A stretch of 64,000 nucleotides of DNA from positions 310,001 to 374,000 of the forward strand of contig JAAOMT010000657.1 of the NCBI GenBank assembly GCA_016748015.1, in the 5' to 3' direction. Of the stretch, positions 50,067 to 61,500 are shown piece after piece. Positions within the stretch are counted from its first letter, which is position 1. Each line of letters begins with the position of its first letter. The position numbers and the translations under genes were made by a program. Below the pieces are notes generated by a model. The model was not told the origin of the DNA, did no database searches, and worked only from the letters and a program-made list of their open reading frames with translations. Source of the stretch: Geosiphon pyriformis uo1 (lineage: Eukaryota > Fungi > Glomeromycota).

Positions 50067-51048
50067 TGTTACTGGAGGTTTTTTGGTCTCTTCTTAGCTC
50101 TTGTATGTTTGTTGTAATGCTGTTAATTCATGACTATAGAAAGTGTTTGAACCTCTGATAACTGAATTTATCTTCAAATTATCTCCTATAATTTGAACTG
50201 CTGGGCTTATGAGTGAAATGGCCAATTCTGTGCCAGTTACTTGTGTAGTTACATTGTAGTAAATGTCAACTCTTTCCCAGGAATTGCTCATCTGGAAGCT
50301 CACTAAAAATATGTAATTACTTTGCTATGAAAGTCAACTCTTCTACAGGAATTTCGTCTGTAGGCTATCCTAATGATTGTAATAAGAAAAGAAAAGAAAA
50401 ATAAAATAAATGTAAAAGAAATAAGATTTTATCAAAAGAAATGTTTTCTATCCAGGCCTGGAGTCACTAACAGTTTACTGAAATTAGTAGCTAATTAATT
50501 TTAAAACATTAGTTGGGTTTTGGGAATTTTTCAAGTGCAATAATTCAAGAATTTGGTTTTTCAATTTATTTGATATTTATTTCTTTTTGTGTGTGTGTAG
50601 GAATAGTTCTAAGTGATAAATCTAAAGTAAGATACATTTTCTCAAAGAGAGAAGCTCTTCTTTTATATAACTTGTTGTAACACTATTCTATGAACTTGAA
50701 CTTTGCTATTTTCTACAATTTTGCTAAACTAAAGATACATTTCGGTGAACTACAAGTTATTTCTGCGAACTATTAGATATTTCAGTGAACTATCAATTAT
50801 TTTGGCAAATTTCTACAAATTTCAGTGAACTTTTTGAATGTTACATAGTTTGGAGTATTGCATAATTAATCATTACAATTAGGTTACATTTATGTTATGT
50901 ACAAATTGGGTTATTAATTAACTGATAATTTCGGACATTTTGCTAATATAATAAGTGATAATTTGAAACAATAATATATGCTAATTAACAATAGAAATTA
51001 TAAAGATAATTTCATGCTAAATAATATCTCTAATTTCGTCTGGTAACA
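50067..51048 (-). repeat. 3' LTR of copy E
   Basis: TGTTACCAGACG...CAGTAACA on minus; inverted copy of 57529-58510. Confidence 0.93.
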
Positions 51049-51736
51049 TAACCTCCTTCTCAAGACTGAGCTCTATTGAAGTCCAAGTACTGTCTGTAAT
51101 TTCCAGATAATAATCCAAAATTATTGAAAAAATTTGTTCTGAAAATTGTTGAAATTTTAGTTTTGTGAGCTTTCCAATATATTGAATCTTCAAAAGTTGT
51201 AAAATTGGGTTTTGTAAGATGTTTTCACAGGTGTGAAATAGGTTATAAAGTCTAAGAGCAGCTCTTAGTTTATAATGACTGTTTGTAGATCCAGCTGTTG
51301 TCTTGAATTCATTGTAAAGTTGTTTCCGAATAGCTTCTTTTGTGAAGTTTGCTGCTGTAAGCTTCCATTTTTGTTCATGAAGTATTTTTCCAATGTAGAA
51401 ATATCTATATATTGGAGTATAGTTGTAGTTTTTTTCATTAAGACACAGTTGAAGTTTTTGTTGAATAGTAGCATTTGGTGGAATACTAATAGGAGTAAGC
51501 ATTAAGTTTTCTCTTAAAGCAAGCTTTAAAAGTTCTTGCAGGTGAATTTCAGAATAACTTCTTGTATTCTTCTTATATGGATAATATTTTCGTGAATTTG
51601 GGGCTAAATTTGTAACTACTTCTGTTTGAGTATAATTAATGTGGTTTCCAGTAACAGTAATAGATAATTCGGGTATTGTTTTTAAAGCTAACATTAGTTT
51701 TTGGGATAATTGTTGAATGTTTTGAGGAATAGTCAT
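51017..51736 (-). CDS. ORF3 of copy E, intact 239 aa, unknown function
   Basis: ATG-started open frame downstream of pol; homologs at the same position in A, B and D; no signal peptide or transmembrane stretch evident. Confidence 0.8.
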   Translation of the reverse strand: MTIPQNIQQLSQKLMLALKTIPELSITVTGNHINYTQTEVVTNLAPNSRKYYPYKKNTRSYSEIHLQELLKLALRENLMLTPISIPPNATIQQKLQLCLNEKNYNYTPIYRYFYIGKILHEQKWKLTAANFTKEAIRKQLYNEFKTTAGSTNSHYKLRAALRLYNLFHTCENILQNPILQLLKIQYIGKLTKLKFQQFSEQIFSIILDYYLEITDSTWTSIELSLEKEVMLPDEIRDII

Positions 51737-54700
51737 TATAAGAGATTTGAAAATAAAAGAAAATTATTTTTGGTGTATGGGTTTTTATGTTATTTTTGCT
51801 TTGTTTTTGTGAGATTGTTTCTAAATTATAAGAAGATAACTATAATAATAAATTTAAGTTAAGTGTTCAAGTTGGAAGATTGTTTAATGACAACTATTGG
51901 TTCTAAATTTCAGGGAATATTTTCGGGATTGATTAAAGAGAAATGTGTACTAATTTGTGGAATTAATAGTTCAGGATTGTTTCTGGAATTATAGTGTTTC
52001 AAATAATCTCCATGTGCAACTTTTGCTAGGATTTTGTTATCAAGTCTTAACTTGTATGATCCATTGCCTAGGACTTCATAGATAAAGAATGGTCTATCCC
52101 ATTTATTTTCAAATTTTCACTCCATTGTTTTTTGGCTTTAATTCTGTGTAAGAGAACTTTGTTTCTGATTTTAAATTCATTGGTAACTGGAGGCAATTTG
52201 TTGTCATGCCATTTTTTTTGTTGAGCTTGAGAGTGTTTAATATGGGTGGCTGCTATTTGTCATTTTCTTTCCAATGTGCTAAGCAGAATATAGGCTTTTT
52301 GTTGTAATGTTTCCTAAAAGTTGTTTTTATTAATTGGTTGTACTGGATATGTTTCCATTGTGAAACTAATTGGTAATGTTGCTGTTTTTCTGTAGATTAA
52401 ATCAAATAGTGTGTGTTTTGTGGTATTTTGTTTTAGTGTTCTATATGCTAGTAACACTGATGAAATAAAAAGATCCCATTCTTGTTCAAAATTGGTTGAG
52501 ATTTTGGCTAATAATTCACACAATGTTCTGTTGAAACATTCTACAAGTCTATTTGTTTGTGGATGGTAGGGTGAAGATAATGGTCTCTTAACATTAAATT
52601 GTCCACAAATTTTCTGGATTAAATTGTTCATGAAATGTGTTCTTTGATTAGATAAAAGTTCTATTGGGCATCTATGTCTACAAATGATGTCTTCGTAGAT
52701 GAAGTTTGCTACTGATTTCACATCTGCTCATTGAATGGCTCTGGCTTCAGGCCATTTGGTGAGATAGTCTACAGTTACTGCAATATAACAGTTTTCTTGG
52801 TTTGTGATAGATAGTGGTCTGACTAAATCAATACCAACTTGGTCAAAAGACTGTCCAACTTTGATTGAGTTTAAAGATTCTGTAGAGTGAGTTCCTTCTC
52901 TTCTTTGACAACTATTACAAGACTTAATGTATTTATGAATGTCTTTTCTCATTTGAGGCCAAAAGTAATATTCTAGTGTTCTCTGGGTGGTGCTGTCTTT
53001 TTCTAGATGTGCTGATGAAGAGTCTGAGTACATGTTATATAAAATGGTTTCTTTTTCATGTTTTTGTATTAATTTGAGTGGATTGTTTAGGTTTCTGAAG
53101 TTTCAATAATAAATTATGTTGTTGTGTAAGAAGTATTTTTTAGCTTGTTGTTGTAACTAATGTTTTTCATCTGAGAACCAATCTGTTGAGATTGTTAATA
53201 TCTCCAAATATTGTTTAAGATTGTTGTAGTTTTTGGGATTCATTGTTTTTTTTGTTGTTAATTCAAATGGGTGTTGGTTTTGTATTCTAATCTTGCCTTA
53301 TTCTTGAGAGACAATCAACGTTGATATGAAGTTTTCTTGGTTTGTGGTGTACAATATATTGGTAGTTGGCTAAAAATTCTGTCCATCAGGTTTGTTTTGC
53401 ATTCAGCTGAGTGTTTTTGTTCTAAAGCCATTTGAGTCCAATATTATCAGTAATAATATCGAATTTTTTGGGTCTGAGGTAAAGATTGAAGTAATGTAGG
53501 GCCCAGATTACTGTTGCAGTTTCTAATTCTGTTGCAGGTTAGTTTTTTTTGGCTGGTTTCAATGTTCTGCTAGCATAAGCAATTACTTACTTATTTCCAT
53601 TGTTATCTAACTGTGATAGGATGGCACCAAAGGTGGTATAAGAGGCATCTGTTGCTAACCAGAATTGGTTGCTGAAATCTGGGTAGGCGAGAATTGAAGC
53701 TGTTGTTAGTTTTTCTTTAAAGATTTTAAATGTGTTTTGGTGTTCAGTAGTCCATTTGTATTCGATGTTTTTTGTGGTAAACTGGTTGAAAGATTTTGCG
53801 ATTTCTGAGAATTCTTTGATAAACTTTTGATAGTAGAAGGCTAACCTTATGAATCCTCTTAGTTCTGTAGTGTTTTGAGAAGTTTTGAAGTTTTTGACAG
53901 TGTTGATTTTTTCAGGGTCCAGTTTGATTCTATTTTTATTAATAATGTGACCAAAAAAGACCAAGCTTGTTTTTCCAAAGTAGCATTTTTCAATGTTGAG
54001 TTTCAGTTCTACTTTTTGTAATCGTTGAAAAACTTCTCACAGGTGTTTTAAGTGTAATTCGAATGATAGAAAATAAATATCAGTATTGTCAAGATAAATG
54101 ACTAATAACTTTCAAAGGAGTTTTTTATACACAATATCCATTAATTTCTAAAATGTTGCTGGTGCATTGCATAATCCAAAAGACATTACATTGAATTCGT
54201 AGTTTTTTCCTTGGGTTGTGAAGGTTGTTTTAGAATGATCTTTGGGGTCCATGGCAACTTGCCAGTATTTGCTTTCTAGATCTAGTGTTGAAAAGTATTT
54301 GGCCTTTCCAAGAGCATCCAACATATCATTAATTCAGGGAAAAGGGTAAGCATCTTCAATGGTGACACTGTTGAGTTGTCAATAATCAACACAAAATTGT
54401 ATCTTTCCATTTTTCTTTTTAACTAAAACCACAGGTGAGGCCCATGAACTCATTAATGGTTGGATAAGCCCATTGTTAAGCATCTGTTGTACGTTTTCAC
54501 AGATAAATTGGTGGCTTTTTGGAGCAACTCAGTAGACTTGCTGTTGCCTTGGTTTGGCATCTCCTGTATAGATTTGGTGTTGGACCAAATCAGTTTTTCC
54601 TAAGTCATTGTTGTTTTCAGCAAAGATATTGGCAAATTCTGCAATTAGCTCTTTAAGCTGGCTCTGTTGTTGTGGTTCAAGTTGTCTTATGTTGATTCGA

Positions 54701-57528
54701 GATAGTTTTTCTATGACAACATGGTAGTTTTCAGAGCTGGGGTTTGGGTTGATTTTTGGTAGTAAATATCCAATAATTTCAGAGAAATTGGGGACTGTTT
54801 GGGGTAATTTTTGTTGAAAGATATTACTGTAAATAACTCCAATTTCTAAGTTATTTAATAAAACTATAAGGAAATTGTTGGGATTGTAAAAAGTAACTTG
54901 GATTTTCTTTGTTTCTTCTGGAATATAAATGTTTGGGATTGAGATATTATGTTTCAAGCAGATTTGTTTGTTGGACTCAAAAATTTGTTGTGTGGTTGTT
55001 GGCTTTTCACAAGTGTAAATTTCAGGGTGTTTTCCAAAGGGTGAAATAGTAATTGGTTGTGGAAGTCATAAAATCTGGTGAAATTCTTTCTGTTCGTTGA
55101 GGGCTATGTTTACTGGAACTGTGAATCGTCCAGTTGAACCAAAACCTTGGGTTCCTCTTTCACTTTTTCCCAATAGTTCTCTTTGATTGACTAATTGTAA
55201 ACCCAAAATGTTGATTAAGGGTAAATAAATGGCTTGGGCAATTTTCTCGGCATGTTTAATCTTAAATGGATTGTCAGTTTCATTTTGGAGTATTATTGTT
55301 ATGTTACCAGTATATCCAGCATCAATTATTCCTCCTCTAATATTGATTCCTTTGCTTGCCAGAGAGAACTAGAAGGTGATTTGAACCATTGCTCCTGGTG
55401 GGATTTCGAGAGCAATTTTGAGGTTGATTTTTGTGAAAGATTTGGGTTTGAAAACAAAAGTATCCTTGTCTGAATATCTTAGATCATATTCAGCATCAAT
55501 TTTATGTGCTTTTTCGGGTTTTATTCCTTGTCCATTGTTGTTGAAATATTTGAGTTGTAAGGCAGGCTGATTTTCGATGAGATAGATAGGTGTTGTTTCA
55601 ATTTTTTCTGTTGCTTCAGGTTTTCCAAATTCAATTTCGTTTTCATCATTTTCACTGAACAGGGGAATGCTAAGAGCATAGCATTCAGGGTACCATTGCT
55701 TATCACAAGACATTATGCATTTTTTACACAATTTAATGTTTGCTTTAGCCGTTGGGCTTGAACTTCTATGGTCAGGTAAGTATGATTGGCAATTTGGTAA
55801 TATACTTCTATTTCATCTTTATAGTTGTATCCAGCGATTTCAAAAGTGTATGTAATGTATTCTGATTTTTTTATTTGATGAATATTTTTTTGAGTGGTTT
55901 CATTGATTAAAGCCATTGCTAGATCAAAAATCATTTTGGCATCATAAGGATAATGATACAGTTTGTTAAGGGCACTGTTGTAAGCAGCATCAAAAAGAGT
56001 TCTTCTTGTTACTTTTTTTGAGATTAAAAGGACATATTGGCATGTTTAATTGCAGATTCCTCCTCTGAATGCAACATCAATCCAGTCATATTCATTAGGT
56101 AATTGTTTTTCACAAGTCAAACAGAGCGTTCTGTCCCATTTTCCACTTCTTTTGACTAGATGTCTCCATTATTCTCAGTGGCAGGATTTGCAATAGTAAC
56201 AGGTATGGTTTCCGTATTCTTCCTCAGGTGAAATACAAGCTCTCATTGATGAGAGTTTCTTGTGGCAATCTTTGCATTTGAGTGGAATGTAAGAGTGTTG
56301 TTTTTGTGGTTCTGGTTTTGAATAGGGGATATTTCATCTGGGTGTCATTGGTTCTTTTGTTTCAAGAGAATTGTTTGTTAAAAAATACTGTTGTTCAGTT
56401 TCATCAGCCCAATTGGAGGTTGATTCAAGTGCCATAAATGTTTCAACTACAGGCTTTTCTTCTTTTTCTTCAAATTCGAAGACAGAGGCTTTCTTTGATC
56501 ATTTGTTGAATGTACCACAAGTAGTGAGTACTCAGGCATGTTGTCCTTGATAAGAGAGTTGTAATTCTTGGGTTTTCCAGTCTAATTTTGCATTGGCTTT
56601 TTGGAGCCAATTATTTCCGATAAGGGCTTGATACTGGGGCATGTTCATTACAAGAACTTTGACTGAAATAGTGATTTCATCAAGAGTGAATGGAAAATTG
56701 TCAATTTTTCCTACTGGAGTTTTTTTCATGCCATTGGCAGTAACAATTACTGTTTGAACTGGTCAGTCGACATTTCTCTTTAACTGTTGCATTAACTGGT
56801 AGGTGATAATGCTTCCAGTAGATCCACTGTTTAGGATCAAGCAAATTGTCTTTCTTTCAACTTCTGCTTCAGTGTATATAGCAGTAATTGCTTTTTGTTT
56901 ATTGGCGGCTGCATTGCTAAGCAAGAATGGTGACTCATTTGCTTTGAACTCAAAAAAAAATATATTTGAAAGGTTGGCATTTTCAGCAATTCTGGCTGGT
57001 AGGATTGTGATAGGAGTATAAGAAGGATTTTGTTGTTGTGCTGCAGCTCTATCTTCCAAGAGTGCAGTATGGTGAAAATCCTGTTCTTCAGGTATTGTAA
57101 GATAGTTAGGTTGAGTATGATAATAAGTGAGTCTTGGCTGAACTGGATTTTGGGGAACTAATTGGTTATTTGGGTTGATTCTGTTGTTGTTTGTTGCGAA
57201 TCAGTTTTGTGGTGCAAATTGGTTTTGTTGAACCAATCTTTGAGCAAGTACTTGGTAATGTTGAATGAGTTGTCAATATTGTTGTTGCATTGGCTGTGGA
57301 ACAGGTTGATAGTAGTCAGTTTAATATTGTGGTCTTGGTGAATAGTAAGCTGGTGGTAGTGATGGTTGGTAATAAGATTGTTGTGGCAAAGGGTAACATT
57401 GATTACTTCTGTTTTGTTGGTCTCATTGTAGCTTTCTGCAATCTCTTTTTCAGTGGCCAGAGATTTCACAGTAATGGCAATTCTGAAACTGGTTATTAGA
57501 AAATGATATGAAGTTGTTTTGATTCCAT

Positions 57529-58510
57529 TATTACCAGATGAAATTAGAGATATTATTTAGCATGAAATTATCTTTATAATTCCTATCATATATTAACATA
57601 TATTATCGTTTCAAATTATCACTTATTACATTAGCAAAAATGTCTGAAATTATCACTTAATTAATAACCCAATTTGTATATAACACAAATATAACCTAAT
57701 TGTGATGATCAATCATGCAATACACCGAACTATGTAACATTTAAAAAGTTTGCCGAAATTTGTAGAAATTTGCTGAAATAATTGATAGTTCACCGAAATA
57801 TCTAATAGTTTACAGAAATAACTTGTAGTTCACTAAAATATATCTCTAATTCAGTGAAATTAAAGAAAATAGCAAAGTTCAGGTTCATAGAATAGTGTTA
57901 TGACAAGTTGTATAAAAGAAGAGCTTCTCTCTTTAAGAAAATGTATTTTACTTTAGATTTAACAATTAGAATCATTCTTTATACACAAAAACAAAATAAA
58001 CATCAAATAATTTGAAAAGCCAAATTCTTTAAATTATTGCACTTGGAAAATTCTCAAAACCCAACTAACATTTTGAAATTGATTAGCTACTAATTTCAAT
58101 AAACTGTTAGTGACTTCAGGCCTGGATCGAAAACAATTTCCTTGACAGAATTCAATTTTCTTTTACATTTTTTTTATTTTTATTTTATTTTCTTATCATA
58201 ATCATTAGGGTAATCTACAGACAAAATTTCTGTAGAAGAGTTGACTTTCACAGCAAAGTAACTACACATTTTTAGTAAGCTTCCAGACGAGCAATTCCTG
58301 GGAAAGAGTTGATGTTTACTACAATGTAACTACACAAGTAACTGGCACAGAATTGGCCATTCCACTTATAAGCCCAGCAGTTCAAATTATAGGAGATAAT
58401 TTGAAGATAAATTCAGTTACTGGAGGTTTAACCACATCCAGAAAACGTGAATTCACAGCAAAAAGACATCAACAACATTTAGAAAAAGAGACCAAAAACC
58501 TCCGGTAACA
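57529..58510 (+). repeat. 5' LTR of copy F
   Basis: T(A)TTACCAG...CCGGTAACA followed by TTTGGTGCTC. Confidence 0.93.
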
Positions 58511-58556
58511 TTTGGTGCTCTTCCACAGAAATAACACAGTGACAACAACTTCAAAA

Positions 58557-61500
58557 GTGATGACTCAAACAGATTCAAAAACTCTAGAGTATTATCAGTC
58601 AATCTACATCTACTGCAAGCAGAGATTTGACATCCCAGACGGAATTGAAACATTCAAGAAAACACTTTACTAGTACATTGAAAATTGCATCAACAATTAT
58701 CTTCTTGGAGACTACAATATTTCAGAAGTTAGACACAACTTATATGAAAGCTTAGTACATCACTCTCATCTAAACACTCAGGATTTTAACAGTCAAACAC
58801 TTGAAACATATTTCCAAGAACTCAACTTCAATATCATTCAGTATTGTGAAGAAAATTACCCAGTAGAACAGAAATTTTCTCTTAGTTTTGAATTGGAAAC
58901 AGAAGAAAGAAAAAGAAAAAGGAAACAAAAACTCAGAACTACTCTCAATACACCTAAAACCACTGCCAAACATTTACAAACTCCAGAACCAGGAACCAGC
59001 TTTAAATTACCACTCTCAATCACACTATTTCCAGCTTTACTTGCTTAACCACAAACACCAAGCTCACTACTTATTTGGTTTTTAAGAATAGATGATTTTC
59101 AGTCACCCAAAAGCCCTATTCAACAACAGGAACCAATATTAACCAGCACAAACTTTATTGACTACTTAGCAGAAAATCAAAGTAAAAAGACCGAATCAGA
59201 ACAAGAAACAGAAGACTCAGAAAATGAAGAAGAAATGGCCTCCACTTATATTGCAAAAATCCCTGACTTTTCAGGAGAGGACATCAAAACCAGTTCTCAA
59301 GAATGGTTTGACCAAGTCACTAAAGTAGAAGATACAAATGGTTGGAATGCTGTCAGAATGTTAAGAACTATTCCCTACTTTCTCAAAGGAACAGCAGGAG
59401 AATAGTTTGAAAACTTGGCTGCTCCATTCAATGATTGGGATGCTTTCAAAGCAGCCTTCTTTGAACAGTTCACTGACAATAATATCTTCATCACCCTTCA
59501 AAATCAGTTTCGCAATATCAAACAAGAATCCTCCAAATCTGTTATGACTTATCTTGGGAAGTTTAACAAACTTCTCAGAAGGATTCATCAACTTGAAACC
59601 AATGATTATTACTCAAACGCTCAAATTTTGGATCAATTTATTGCTAGTCTAAAGGATAAACTGATTAAAAAGGTTTGCCCACATGCCCCAGAAGATTTAA
59701 ACTCTGCCATACAGCATGCAAAAAAATATGAAATGGTCATAGAAGAGACCAATTGCACAAAACTTGTAAATTTGGCAATTGGAGAAACCAGCTCAGCAGC
59801 TAAGGAGAAAATTGACCAACTTACAAAGAAGGTTGAAAATTATTTCACCAACCAACAATAACAGCAACCCCAAAGATATCAACCACCCCAAAAACGAAAT
59901 CAAAATAACTTTGCACCACTTTCTAATAACCAGTCTCAGAATTGTCATTACTGTAGAATTCCTGGCCACTGAAAAAAAGATTGCAGAAAGCTACAATGAA
60001 ACCAACAAAATAGGAGTAATCAACATTACTCTCCACCACAGCAATCTTATTATCAACCACCACCACTAGCTTACTATCCACCAAGACTCCAATACCAAAG
60101 TAACTATTATCAGCCTGCTCCACAGCCAATTCAACAGCAATACCAACAACCACCCACACAACATTATCAAGTGTTTGCTCAAAGATTGATTCCACAAAAT
60201 CAGTTCACATCACAAAACCAATACCAAGTAAACAACAATAGAATCAATTCAAACAACCAATTGGTTCCCCGAAATTTAGTTCAACCAAGACCCAACCACT
60301 ATCATACTCAATCTAGTTATCTTACAATACCAGAAGAACAGGATTTTTGCCATATTGCACTCCCAGAAGGTAGAGCTGTAGCACAACAACAAAACTCTTC
60401 CTATACTCTTACCACAATTCCACCAGCCAGAATTGCTGAAAACACCAACCTTTCAGATATATTCCCTTTCGAATTTGAAGCAAATAAATCACTATTCTTG
60501 CTTAGCAATGCAACAGCTAACGAGCAAAAAGCCATCACTGCAATGTATACAGAAGCTGAAGTAGAAGAAAAGCCAATTCGCTTGATCTTAGACAGTGGAT
60601 CCACCAGAAGCATTATTACATATCAATTGATGCAGCAGCTAAAGAGAAACATTGACCACCCAGCTCAGACAATCATTGTTACTGTTAATGACATAAAAAA
60701 GACTCCAGTAGGAGAAATTGACAACTTCCCATTCACAATTGACAGAATCATTATTCTAGTCAAAGTTCTGATCATGAATGCTTCCCAATACCAAGCTCTT
60801 GTTGGAAATGATTGGCTTTAAAAAGCCAATGCTAATTTGAATTGGGAGACACAAGAGTTAACAATTTCCTACCAAGGACAACATGCCCAGGTATCTGCCA
60901 CTTGTGGTACATTCAACAAATGCTCCAAAAAAGCCCCAGCTTTTGAATTCGAACTGAAAAAAGAAAAGCCCATTATTGAAACATTTATGGCACTTGGATC
61001 AACCTCCAATTGGGCTAATAAAACTGAACAACAGTACTTTTCAACAAATAATTCTCTTGAAACAAAAGAACCAGTGACAACCGGATGGAATGTCCCCTAT
61101 TCAAAACCAGAACCACGAAAACAATGCCCTTACATTTCACTCAAATGCAAAGATTGCCACAAGAAACTTTCATCAATGGAAGCCTGCATTTCACCTGAAG
61201 AAGAATATGAAAATCATACTTGTTATTACTGCAAGGCTTGCCACAGAGAATGATGGGGCCATCTAATAAAAAGAAGCGGAAAATGGAACAACACCCCTTG
61301 TTTGACTTGTGGAGATATACTACTAGAAGAATGCAATTGGATTAATGTAGCAATGAGAGGAAGAGTCTGCGATCAGACCTGCCAATATGCTTTATCAATT
61401 TCAGAAAAAGTAAAAAGAGGAACATCTTTTAATGCAACATACAACAGTGCTTTCAACAAACTTTATCATTACCCCCATGATGCTGAGATGATTTTTGATC

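Larger units (their letters stand above)
50067..57528 (-). mobile_element. Ty3/Gypsy copy E (family B, second subfamily) nested in LINE 2; gag interrupted by F
   Basis: 3' LTR 50067-51048; PPT ~51052-51061; IN 52314-53033; RT/RH ~53300-54500; dUTPase ~55125-55510; PR 56532-57059; CCHC ~57437-57480. Confidence 0.94.

Noticed and set aside
50094-50303. 69-aa sense ORF in the conserved U5 of family-B LTRs
   Set aside because: No ATG in the least-mutated copy (ATGs elsewhere derive from ACG); indels between copies break the frame; conservation is better explained by cis-acting RNA function
57525-57535. F as an inverted 5' half of E (both flanked by CCAT)
   Set aside because: F duplicates PR, dUTPase and RT already present in E, and an inversion would place ATGG, not CCAT, before the LTR
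58505-58528. GTAACA...CACAG as a 24-nt intron joining U5 to gag
   Set aside because: Too short for a typical fungal intron, would delete the PBS, and the frame join works only in F (B and D differ by 1 nt)
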